DNA of 64,000 nt from Octopus vulgaris (lineage: Eukaryota), in contig OX597814.1 of NCBI GenBank assembly GCA_951406725.2, positions 97,154,001 through 97,218,000 on the forward strand, read 5' to 3'. Shown one piece after another: positions 14,853 through 27,027 of this stretch; the stretch's first letter is position 1, and every line of letters starts with the position of its first letter. The notes under the pieces were generated by a model. The model saw nothing but the letters and a program-made list of their open reading frames with translations, was not told the DNA's origin and ran no database searches. A program made the position numbers and the translations under genes.

Positions 14853-17469
14853 CTGGAAAAAAAAAAAGAAAATATCTTATGCAAGAGACCAAATAAATTG
14901 TGATCAATAACGATAAGTGGGTCTATAACTACAAACAATATCATGTATTCTTGAAAATGTGCTCATAAAGATTTTCACAAATGAAGCTTGTTTCTGTTTC
15001 TTGTTGTAATACATTTGGGAGCATATATCAGTTCATGCAGCTTGAACTCCTAAAATACTTCAATTCTTTAGTGATTAAAATTAACTGGATAGGGACAGCT
15101 TGACTTTTGATGCAAGTAGAAACTTCTGAGGGTGTTACTTTGATTTAAGTCATGAAAATAAGCAGAAAGTAACAATCACAATCAAAAACAAAAAAATACT
15201 TCTACAACTATTAGCAAAAATGAAAATAAAAATTGAATTGCATGTATTAAAAATACAGTAATTAACAAAAAAAAAAAGAAAAGCTATTCATAGACTGGAC
15301 AGGTATCATTACTTTGCTTATACTCCTGGATCATCTGAGACAAGAATGTTGCAATGTACCTCATTTTGCCTATCTGGATTACTGCAGATAAGTTGGGGTT
15401 CTTTCAATGTTCTATCTTGTAATGTACTGATTTGAAGTGGTTATTCACCACAAAGGTAAGTATTCAGACACAAGGGGTGAATACAATGAACAGAGCAGCC
15501 ACTTGCATATTTCAGCAACTACATACAACTGAAGATGATCTGTCTGATGTAGACATTACAAGACTGGTGTACAAGAAACATTCATTGAGAGGAAGTAACT
15601 TCAATTAATGAGATAGCAAGGTAAATGGCTGTCAGTGTGTAGACATGCTTGTGTCAGTGTATAAATGTATAAAAAAAATATTTTTTTATCATCAACTAAT
15701 TTAAAGTAGTCAACTTTACAAAGGCAGGTGTCAGATAATAGTTGTAATCAATTACATAGCAAAAAGATTTCGTCCAGAATATAAATGTTACAACAGAATG
15801 TACCCAAAGTTGCTGGAAGCTTAATTTCATTTTTAATAGGCTACAACCAAAGAACAGATTCTTACAAACTCACTAACACACAAACTGTTAAACACTGACA
15901 TGTTAACAATGTAAAGAACTACATACTAACTACACACACACACACAATGGACACAGAATAACAATAACAAGGAAAGCAAGAAGAGGAAAACAGTTATAAA
16001 AATACACTAATCCCAGGTGGCTTTCCATTATTGCCACAAGAATAATAATTTAAAACTCTGGAACTGAAGAACATATTCTATATAAACTGATGATAAATGA
16101 AGTGGTTAAAGTAATTTTATGAAACACACTCGTCAAAGGAAGGATCTAACAGATTGTAGCAAAGTTGGGTTAATATTCATAATAACATTAAGATGGCGAG
16201 CTGACAGACTCATTAACAAGCCAGGCAAAATGCTTAGCATCATTCATACATTCTGTGTTCAAATTTTGTTGAGGTTAAATTTACTTTTCATCCATTCAAG
16301 ATCAATAAAATAAGTACGAGTTGAGTACTGGAGTCAATGTAATCAACTTAATCCTTCCCCCAAAGTTGCTGGCCTTGTGCCAAAATCTGAAACCAATATT
16401 TGTAACAACATTAGTAGATTTATCAAGGGTTTTGTCAAGTTAATAATCACACATGTAATGTATGAACTGAGAGAGAGAGAGAGAGAGGAGGGCAAGGGCT
16501 TTGCGTGTGCACATGAGCATTGTGCTGAGTTAATACTGAGTACTGGCACTGTGTTGTTTATGATGACAAGGGTTCCAGTTGATCCGACCAATGGAACAGC
16601 CTGCTAGTGAAATAAACATGCAAATGGTTGAGCACACCACAAACATGTGTACCCTTAATGTAGTTCTTTAGGGAGATTCAGCATGACACAGAGTATGACC
16701 AGGCTAGCCCTTTGAAATATAGGTACTACTCATTTTTGCCATCTGAGTGGACTAGAGCAATGTGAAATAAAGTGTATTGCTCAAGGACACAATCTGTTGC
16801 TGGAAATCGAACTCATGATCTTATGATTATAAGCTGAATACCCTAGCCACTAAGCCATGCACCTTCACTCACATATATGTATACATATATATATATTATG
16901 TATATCCTTTTATATATTGAGCATATTGCATTGTATGACAGCTGCACTGCATAAATACTGTGTAAGCATTGTGCTGCTGTGTGCATGTTGTGTTGTATTG
17001 TGTCATGTAGTGGTGTACAAGTTGTATCATTGTTTCATCACATCAGTGCCTGTGCTGCATCTGTTACATTGCATTAGTGTCACAATATGTGATGTGTGAG
17101 ACTAAAATGAATGAGAAGAAATTGGTCAAAACCAAATGAATTTAGTCTTTGTGTCAAAAACTTGTCTGAGACCATTGTAAAATTTTTTGTCTTCATTGAG
17201 GAGTCTTGAAATTGTGCACTCATTGAGCTTGATCAAGGTTACCTATGTACTAAAGAAGAATTGTTACAAATGGGCCCTCCAACCCACATATCAAACATGT
17301 TAGAATAGTTGCAGGTGGAAAATGTTACTCGACATGTGGACTTCATACAAGAGATCTGAGACCATATCAATCATCAGTGTAGATTGAGATAAAAGGATAA
17401 CAGTATGGTCACTGCAATACTAAATATGGATTGTACATGTCTAATCCACTCCATTGTGCTTGATGTTGA

Positions 17470-18100
17470 ACACCTAAAGGCTACATCTATGAGAATACTA
17501 AGGTGAGCCAAACAATTAATAACATTTGATTTCAATATTATGTATGTCAAGGGAATGCTGATGTGTCTTCTTAGGTATATTTTAGCCCACAACCACAGCA
17601 AACTAGCTTAGATAATGTTCAATTAATTAATAGACAAAATAAGAACTGATGTATTGTATTTTCAACAATCTTGCTTAACACATGCATGATGCAACACTAG
17701 GCAAAATCCTTTCCAGAGGGGAAAGGAAAGAATGTTTAAAATAACTGTTTCACTGATGGAAGACCTTGTAAGAATATCAAACATTGATTAACTGGAAAAC
17801 AGTCTTATTGGTAATGGTAATCATAATGTTCTGCCTGAAGTATCTAGCAATTAAATCATTAAAAGTGTTCATAATGATATCCATTATAGCTTTATTGCTA
17901 CACACAACTGCCTAAGTCTTGAAGTATCTTGGCCTGGCTATTCATGGGTATAAACATGTGGTACTGAAAAAGTTGTCAAAAGAACAAGCTTTATTGGATC
18001 AGGGATTTAGATCACTGGAGTTGTGTACACAAAGATCATGGTACCAAATTACTGTTTACAGTAGATTTCTTTTGAGAGTGACCAGAGGTTATTAATGTTT
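17470..18100 (+). pseudogene. Ty3/Gypsy LTR-retrotransposon pol remnant (RNase H end plus integrase zinc-finger region)
   Basis: Degenerate translation MRILR*AKQLITFDFNIMYVKG..NADVS (cf. RxxRWxxxLxxYDFxIxYxxGxxNxxADALSR), then ENSLIGNGNHNVLPEV...IIKSVHNDIHYSFIATHNCLSLEVSWPGYS...KSCQK (HHCC region). Confidence 0.75.
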
Positions 18101-18583
18101 TTCAGAACAAAAGTTCACTCAGCTCTCCTATTATTGTCTCCTATTTTCCATCACACTATATGTGTAATGAGGGATAAGTACTGAACCTGTTCGTATTCAA
18201 TCTACCTACTGTCACCCTTCTTTTTTTTTGTTAGCCTTTAATCTCTCTCTCTCTTTTCCATTAATCATTCTCTTATCATTCATTGTTAACATCTGACCCA
18301 TGCAGACATGGAAAAATGAACGTTAAAATGAAGGTGATGATGATGTTACTTTTTTACCTTCACCTATCTCTAGTGCACCACTCACTCCTTCTCTTCATTA
18401 CCATCTCATCTATTACCCAATCTTTCTCCAATCATTGTGCCAACCATTCTTCTCTGCCTCAGTAAAAATGGATGACACTGGATCCATGTGTATTCAATCC
18501 CTTCCTACCATACCCTTCTTTCTTGCTAACTGTCACTCACTCACAATACTCCCTCCTCTATAATTCATAATAGACATCCATCA

Positions 18584-18623
<40 letters not shown>

Positions 18624-20589
18624 GTCTTTTGCCATTACGCTTCCTATTACCATTCACTTTGTCTTTTATCATCATCCATCTTTACTGCTACTGATCACCC
18701 TCTCTCTCTTTCATTCTCATTAATCCCATCTTACTTTGAATGAGTGGAAACAATGCAGAAAGGACTCTTCAGTTTTACTGAGGATGGAAATCCTTCAAGT
18801 GTTTGTGCCACAATAAAATGCACCTAGTAACTCAATAAAATGATTGACATTAGGAAGGCACCCAGCTATAGAAAACAGTCCTAAAATGAGCTGTATGAGT
18901 AAAAGGTGGTCTCTAACTCAACTAAGAGTGCAGTAACTCCAAATAGAAACCAACAATATGAACCATCCCACTTACACCATCATGGAAAAATGCAAAATCA
19001 TGATGACAACAATGCCAGTGACAAAATTACAGCAGTAACATCAATAGCCTCAATGGCCACAAACATTGTGGATGAATGTCTAGCAACAGTGATATGCGAA
19101 AAGGAATGGCAACTCTCACACTCTGACTGAATTTGTCTTCTCTGATTTACTGTAGCCACTAGTAGAATCTACAAGCTTATAGAAATGGATGGGACAGTGG
19201 ACAAAAAGCAATAAGTCAAGATTGCAACACTCCACCTATTACAGTTCATCACTGCAAGTCATTAAATGGGAGGAGACATAGCTTATCAAGAACAATAGAT
19301 TTATTATTCGATCATGCTTAGTTATTTGACTATCTTCATGTCAAAGGTCTGGGTAGAGCTAACCCATGCTAAACAAAAATGTTTAATCTGCTTCCTCTAT
19401 CTTACCAAAGGCCAAAAAATAATGGATAATAAATAGATAGTTGTCAAACAGCAGACTAATATGTCTTGTAAATATTCAACATTGTAAACATCAAGAAGGT
19501 TGTCCTATATTAGACAAGATCTTACATAAAATGACACCAAATTGCAGTTATTCATTTTAACTACCTACTATAATTTTCCATTTAATTTATTCTTAGATTC
19601 TTATTTCACATCAATATTACTCTCAATATATAGTTTTTACTTAATAGGTTTTTAGCAGAACCATTTTCCTAAGATTACCATGCACACACACACATGCATG
19701 CACACATAAAAAGTGTAAACAGAATAAATACTTTAAAAATTATAGATTTAGACAGAGTGAAGACTGATAAGAAGAATAATACAATTGTGTCTTTGGTGAA
19801 TTGGGTTAATGTTTAAAGATGCAGCAGCTGTTATTGATTATACTTTTTTTTTCCCTCAAAAACATATTTTACAAAATCCCTGGTCCTATATCAAATAAAA
19901 CATGTACTGATAATTCAACTTAGAATTATAAATTAGTGGAGTATTTTTGTAATGAGAGAGGCATTTAGATTAATGCTTAGAGTTAAAGAGTGAAAGAAAG
20001 AAGGAAACGGAGAATAGGAGAGAAAAAACACGTTTTTTGGGGGTTTTTTTATGATTCTGCTTCGCCATAGCATAACAACCCAATAAATAGTTGTTAGAAT
20101 TCAGTATAGTTATACATCAATTTCACCCCTTAGCATTTAAACTGGCCATATCTGGCACAAATATTCGACCTGTTTTATGTTTAAACTGGCCAAATCTGGC
20201 CTCTCACACCTACCCTGCAATGTCAATCTCAAGAAAATCATATCATCAAAATCTTGAAGCAGCAAAATAATGCATAATTAATTCAAAACAATGTGAATAA
20301 ATTAGTAATCTGGATACTAAAGGGTTAAATGAACGGGTCATATCCTCACCCCTACTAAATGCATCATATGTGCCTTAATGTAGCCAACTATATATTTAAA
20401 TGTTTCCTGCACTAAAGCAACACTTCATTCTAACAGCGCTGAGAACATTATAAGATGTTGCACTCAATCCAGTTACAGAAACAGCTGTTAGCTAATAAAA
20501 GTGATTCTGTAACTCCTGCTCTTTTGTCAGCAATTTATTAATTAATAATTATATATATAGTACATAAATAAATTGAACTTCATATTCAA

Positions 20590-20670
20590 GGCTTCAATGA
20601 AACTATAAGGTGTTACTCAGACGCTCAACTATGAGTCCACTGCATCTTATAGCTGAAACAGCTGTAAGCT
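20590..20670 (+). ncRNA. Type I hammerhead motif with long stem II (core decayed), in a dispersed repeat at 20575-20712
   Basis: GGCU ucAAUGA aacuauaagGUG...CAUcuuauagcu GAAAC AGCU GUA AGCU. Homologous to the 9890-10015 copy. Confidence 0.6.
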
Positions 20671-20711
20671 AATGAAGTTCATCAGATAATCATTTATTCC
20701 TTTGTTATTTT

Positions 20712-20771
<60 letters not shown>

Positions 20772-20927
20772 TGATGGTTTGTTGCCAACTTAATGTGGCA
20801 GTCCCAGGAAAGGGAAGAATGCTACTGCTATTTAGCCCCAGGAAACATCGTTTCCGGTTGGCTATATGACACAAGCATTGTGTTGTTAATTTTCAAACAG
20901 GGAAGATAAGCACCTCCACCCAGCACC

Positions 20928-20966
20928 CAGAGACAAGTTTCAGAGTTATTGCTCTTCATCTGTCTG
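20928..20966 (-). ncRNA. Minimal type I hammerhead motif (U4->A) within a 339-bp partial tandem unit (20771-21198)
   Basis: CAGA CAGAUGA AGAG caauaa CUCU GAAAC uu GUC UCUG. Perfect stems I and II and a GUC cleavage triplet. Confidence 0.7.
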
Positions 20967-21199
20967 AAGTAGCTTGGTTTGCTAACAGTTGATGCTTATT
21001 CACCTTTGAAAACATAGGATTTCAAGTGAAATAAATCCACTGACCTACAAAATTAGAAATATTGCATTTCTAAATCTCTGAGAGACTTATACAGTAGCAG
21101 TATGATAAAGTGATGGTTTATTGCCAACTTAATGTGGCAGTCCCAGAAAAGGGAAGGATGCTACTACTATTTAGCCCCGTAAAGAGCAATAACTCTGAG

Positions 21200-21352
21200 A
21201 TACACCAAACAGACGCATAGCATGTTGCTTAGTCAAATTAGCCCATCATTTATTCCACAAATATTTTGTTGTCAGTGCTGTACTTTCCCATATCTGTATT
21301 ATATACAAACTATGCCAATTTAATCCCGAGCAACGCCGGGTATCTCTGCTAG
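21200..21352 (+). mobile_element. Helitron 3' terminus fragment
   Basis: Hairpin cccgagcaacgccggg followed 8 nt later by CTAG|T (21349-21352). Left boundary is approximate. Confidence 0.7.
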
Positions 21353-21494
21353 TATATAAAAAATTTTTTTCCCTTTAAGTTAGGATTAATATTCCGTCAA
21401 ATAATTATTATATATATATATAATGTATATGAATATCTATTATATAAATTGGACATGGGTGATTATTGTACTCTTTCTTGTCTTGAGGTTCACA

Positions 21495-21736
21495 TTTATG
21501 GTGCATCTAGAAAAACAAGTAAGGAGTCGATATCCTCCATCATCATCACTACAAGAACTGGAGACTGTTTTAGCTGAAGAATGGATAAAAATTCCTTTGG
21601 AAACAATTCAAACTTTGTATGAGTCCATACCTCGTTGAATTCAAACTGTAATTACTGCCAAAGGTGCTCTTATACCATATTAAAATTAATTTGTTTGAAA
21701 TTTTAAGATGTTTCCATTATTTTGTCCAACCCCAGT

Positions 21737-21737
<1 letters not shown>
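21495..21737 (+). mobile_element. 3' fragment of a Tc1-like transposon
   Basis: LEKQVRSRYPPSSSLQELETVLAEEWIKIPLETIQTLYESIPR*IQTVITAKGALIPY* resembles a Tc1 transposase C-terminus. Followed by a TIR-like end ttttgtccaaccccag|ta. Confidence 0.8.
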
Positions 21738-21818
<81 letters not shown>

Positions 21819-21959
21819 ATGTATTTATATATATATGTATGAATATACATATGTATATATTTATGTATGTATATATGTATGTAATATATGTATGTAACCT
21901 GTGGGGGTTATGTGATTTTTGAACGCACTGAAAAGCTGTCCAGTCAGCGCTGTGTCTAA

Positions 21960-22600
21960 CATGACCCATCATCTGAAATGTTGACACCTCCTTCAGGTTT
22001 GTTGTCCTACATCGCTCATAAAGTAAATTTGGAGAAACTGTGGTTGTTCATTTGTGGGTAACAGGGAACCAATGAGGTGACAGGCTTGCCTTTGAACTTT
22101 GACGTCAGCGTAAATTCAGGTTTATCTATCTTCTTAGATGCACCAAACAATGTCATTTGCAGAGTTGTATTGTCTGATATTGTTCAGAAAATCCTTTGAC
22201 TAGATGGAAATGCTTTCTAGAAGAGCCATAAGAGGTTGAGAAGGAGCTGGTAGTGCTGGCAATGTTACCTGACCGCTTGAGCAGCGCATACCATTAGTTT
22301 CATTTGAAAACTCTACAGAAATGGCAATTTGTGTTTAGCACACCAATTTGGACAGAGTGATCATTTTTACAAGAATGGGATGGATCATATCTAAAAACAG
22401 CTTCAGGAGTTATGAAGAATGAATTTGTACATAGTCTGTTTCTGAGAGCTATTCTATTGGACCTCTATCTAATCATGCATTTGCTGATCTTGAGATAATC
22501 TCATATAGCTTCTCTCTTCAGAGTCTCGCCTTCAGTTTTCTACAATCCTCCTTGCCTTATACTTGTTTCTAGAGAGATTACGTCTTTCTTTGGTGGCATA
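21960..22600 (-). pseudogene. Helitron RepHel N-terminal coding remnant
   Basis: Manual minus-strand translation with frameshifts: MPPKK..., AVFRYDPS...VQIGVLNTNCHFCRVFK, ETNGMRCSSGQVTLPALPAPSQPLMALL, FLNNIRQYNSA, QMTLFGA, KVQRQACHLIGSLLP..EQPQFLQIYF. These are characteristic Helitron motifs (CxxC/CC zinc finger, IRxYNSAFQMTSFG, FKVQGQVYHRIGSLLP, FLQIYF). Confidence 0.85.
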
Positions 22601-23639
22601 TTTTTTCCTATATTGTAAACAAAAAATGATGAACATAGAAAGAAATTATACATTAATCCTCATTTTTGTAAGCAGTTGTATCTATAAAAATTTGTTTGAA
22701 GAGAGCAGAAACTTAAAGAGAAAGCAAAAAGAATAGAGAAAGAAAGTGAAAGATGAATGTACATCTATATGAAATGGATGTATGTGTGTGCGTGCATGCG
22801 CATGTGTGAGAGAAAGAGGCTGAGAAACAGAGATAGAGTGAGTGAGTGAAGGTGTGTGCCATGATGATTGATGTCTTTTAAGGTACACACACATATATAG
22901 AAAATGTGATGTCATCATATAAAATGTTTATGATAGTGGATTTATGGAAACGATTGTTAAATTTTTGAAATGTGAGTATGTGAATGGAAATTAAGTTTAA
23001 TTTGTAGCCGAAATAGTACTGAATCTTTTAATACCCCATACGTCAAAATCTGTAACTCGGTTTTGGAATGCATATAGGATATGGATATATATATATATAT
23101 ATATATATAGGACAGTATCTCACATTACAATAGAGATGTAATACTGAAATAGTGTAAGAGATAAGAGATTGGTCTGGGCTTGCATTAGGCAAGAAGTTGG
23201 AAATTTTTTTGGGCCCATCACACTGCATGGATCTTGGCTTTTGTATTTGATGCCTGTTGCTTTAAGTATTTTATTTCAATTTTATGTATGTATAATAAGC
23301 CAATAAGGGAGACCCCTACATGGTAGCTAGATCTGGTAGAAATAGCAGCCAAAACTCCCTCCAAACACCCTACTGTCTTAATCTGATAATTTTGCCTATC
23401 ATGTAGTTTGAATGAGAAATTGTAACCAAAGATTAAGATTATTAATCCCAAAATTTTACGAGTTTTAATAGCAATCAATTTTTTTCTCTTTTTTGCTTAA
23501 TTAATAGTATTTCATGTCAGATGTAAAGGTGAAGAGGGTTAACTTGGATGGTGTTAAGTAGTGGAGATGTTGGTGATTGTATGTGGTGGGTACTTTTGAC
23601 TGTTTCTTCTCAATAAGGATAATTGATTGATAACGAATC

Positions 23640-23975
23640 TTAACACAATATATATACAACTTCAAGCGGAATTGGACGTCATAAGAGAGACAGCATAGCA
23701 ACGGTTTTGGCTGACTGTCATCCTGTTCTTCCCCTTGTTGCTAGCAAAATGGTATATGCTGGCTGTCAGAGCAACTGGCTGATTTTAATGGTGGAACAAA
23801 CAGGACAAAAAGATTACAAAAATAGCGATTCTCACTTCGAAACTAACAATTTTGAAAATCTTAATGCCTCACTCTCTCATGAATCCATCTATAAAATTTC
23901 AGTGCAATCAGATGAACAATACTCAAGTTATAAGTGCACAAACAGACAGAACGGATTTTATATATATATATATAT
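23640..23975 (-). mobile_element. Probable Helitron 5' terminal region, likely of the same element as 21960-22600
   Basis: Minus strand begins (TA)n-TAAAATCCGTTCTGTCTGTTTGTGCACTTATAACT..., a typical Helitron 5' end. Same orientation as, and upstream of, the RepHel remnant. Confidence 0.5.
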
Positions 23976-25281
23976 ATACACATAAAGAGCTTCCTTCAGT
24001 TTCCATCTACCAAATCCAAACCCAGATTACTATCAAGAAACAGATTTTTAAATAATAATAATAATAATGATGATTTCAAATTTTGGCATAAGGCCAGCAA
24101 TTTCAGAGGAAGGGGTAAGTCGATTTTATTAACCCTGAAATAATGAAAGGCAATGGTGACCTTGGTGGAATTTGAACTTGGAATGTAAAGACAAACAAAA
24201 TACTGCTAAGCATTTTGCACAGTGTGAATATAACATTTTTATCACATTTCCTTTCAGGTTGTTATGGGTTTGTAAATATCTACGTAACACAATCTGAATC
24301 TTGCACCACCTTATCTATAAGACTGAAGTTTCTTAGGAATAGCTGAAGTACTTTGCATCAACACTATTTTTATTAAAAATAACAGAATAAATGGTCAAGT
24401 TTGGCAGTATTTGAACTCTAAGCCAAATGAAACAAACCTAAATACTGCAAAGTTCTACTTTCTCACCAAGCATCACAAAACTTGAAAACACAGATAATTG
24501 AATAAATTTTATTTGCTTTTTTTTTTTTTTAATAAAATATATAAGAAACAAAAGTACTCAATATACAAAATAAAATGTACTTAATATTATCTTTCCTCAT
24601 GTTTATGATAAGAAAAATTATTCTGTATGTTTATATAATCAATGAATAATAGTAATAATAATAAAATATGTGATATACATATATACTGCTCAGTTAGAAT
24701 TAGTTTTTATATAGAAAAGAATTCTTTCACATTAGGAAACATTGATAATGCATGTCATAAATATCATATTATATGGTGGTGAAATGTGGACAATGAAGAA
24801 CAGCAGCAGAATGAAAGAAAAACTAAATATGATGGATGAATAATGTCTGTTGAAGGGAGGCTGATATCTATTCTGGAAGTATTGACACTGTTATAATCTT
24901 GTTTAAGCAATTTCAACAGGTGGCAACAAAGGGTGTTATATATTTAGTAAACAATCTAATAAGTTAGCAAAGGGACTGGCAAATAAAGGCATTAAATATA
25001 ATGTATAGACACAAATTTAACACAGTGGTTCTCAATCTTTTGTAGTTCAACAACCCCTTTTATCGAATGGTATTTTACAAATGCTTCTTCCTACATTTTG
25101 TAGGAAAAAACAAATAGAGGTTAATTTTACACAGGGTTTTATTATCCATATTTTCTCACAGAATGAAATGATAATGTGCTGCTGTTGGATGCTTATGTTT
25201 GGTACGGTTGACTGGACAGTCAACCAGTTTTGGTGACCATAAGTTTTGGCACTGGAGGACAATGCATGCACATGTATGCAG

Positions 25282-25317
<36 letters not shown>

Positions 25318-25770
25318 AGAGAGAGAGAGAGAGAGAATGCATGTACCTACAAACATAAATTGAAGCTCACACACATAAACAGAGAGAGGGGGACAAGAGA
25401 AATATTAAAATACCTGATGTTAAATCAGTATTGAATCAACAATGCCATATAGACACTGCCAAAACATTTTATACTCATTTTCTCATCCTGTCATATCCAT
25501 TATGTACCCCTTTTAAGATATTTACATGGACTAGTGCCCTCTAAATTAAATTCTCATAGAAACTATGAAAGATAGCAAGGGCTTACTTAACAAAATTATA
25601 TTATACCCTGGCACACCATAAGTTGGGTTTCTGCTCATTGATAGGACAATGTCCAACTCACATTTTAATCCCAATGAAGCTTGCTCTGAAAATGTTTGAC
25701 TCTTTTGATATCAATCACCTGAAACCATTCCTGATCCTATATACAAAGTCCTTGTTTGTAAAGTGATCTA

Positions 25771-27027
25771 TCAGGGTCAGTAAAAAGTAAGCAATGTTTT
25801 GAAACATGAAATTCATCGTAATATATTTCAACAATGTGGAAATTTGATCCATCAAAGTAAGTACCATTACAATCAACACATTTTTGCCAATGAGTTACAA
25901 GTCTGTTTATTCTGGTAACATAAAACTCTGGAGTTCTGGAGCTGATGAACTCTGAACACACTTTCAGCATCAGTTTGATTTTTTGAACTCTTTCTCTCCC
26001 AGGAAACCATCAAGCTGCTTGAAAAAGTGGTAGTCAGTAGGAGAAAGGTCTGGGGAATAAGATGGGTGGAGGAGAACTTCATCGCCAAGTTCTCTCAACT
26101 TCTGGAGAGTCATTAGTGAAACGTGTGGTCAAACATTGTCATGAAGAATTATCAGCCCTCTTCTGTTGACCAGTCTGAGATGGAAGAGTAACAATCTTTC
26201 ACTCATTTTGGCTATCTCATGGCAATATGTTTCTGCAGTATTGGTTTTTCTGGGTTTTAAGAAGTTATAGTGGATGAGTCCAGCAGTACACCACCAAACA
26301 GTCACCATAACCTTCTTTTTGAAGAGTTCAGGTTTAAGGAAGGCTTTCGGTGCTTCATTTTGGTCTAGCCACTGTGAAAAATTTTTATTATTGTACAGAA
26401 TCCACTTTTCATCGCAAGTTACAATACAATTGATAAATGAATTGGTTTGGTTATGGAAAAGAAGAGATGAACAAATTTCATATCTGCGCATTTTCTGATT
26501 TTCATTCAAATTGTGTGGTACCCATTTGTCAAACAATTTTTGATTTTCCGATCATATGCAAATAGTCGCATGCAGTTTTCCGGCTAACTTGAAATTCTTT
26601 TGCCAGTTCTTGAGTGGTTCTATGTGGATCTTTCTCAATGATGGTCATCAATGATAGATAGCCATCCACTATGCTCATGAACTTCAACGCTCAGGTCTCC
26701 ACTACAAAATCGTTTAAACCATTTTTGAGCTGACCACTCACTGGTCATTTCCTCACCAGATGTTTCGTTGATATCACAAGCAGTTACATCCATTTTTGAA
26801 GTTGAATAGCAAAACTGCTAGAATATTGCGCTTTGGCAGTTCCATTTCATATGATTGTAACAATGGTAAAAAAAAATATCAGTTAATTTAGTGATGCATT
26901 TGGACAAGTCTGTGTCTGTATTATCAGACAATTTTTTTTTAAATGTTTAAAAAAATTCAAAACACTGCAAAAATCTGGTACAAATTCTTCATGGTTCAAA
27001 ACATTGCTTACCTTTCACTCAACCTAA
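25771..27027 (-). mobile_element. Decayed mariner (DD34D) element, frameshifted transposase
   Basis: ORF fragments contain WVPHNL, TCDEKW, LHDNV and YSPDLSPTDYHFF. ~40-bp TIRs (tcagggtcagtaaaaagtaagcaatgttttgaaacatg / catggttcaaaacattgcttacctttcactcaacctaa). ~1.26 kb. Confidence 0.92.

Noticed and set aside
15290-15462. Plus-strand donor AAG|GTAAGTA
   Set aside because: In the frame I checked there is a stop shortly upstream and no recognisable protein; no supporting exons.
22430-22530. CTGAAGA...GAAAC hammerhead-like pattern on the minus strand
   Set aside because: No stem I or UH triplet, and it lies within the Helitron coding remnant.
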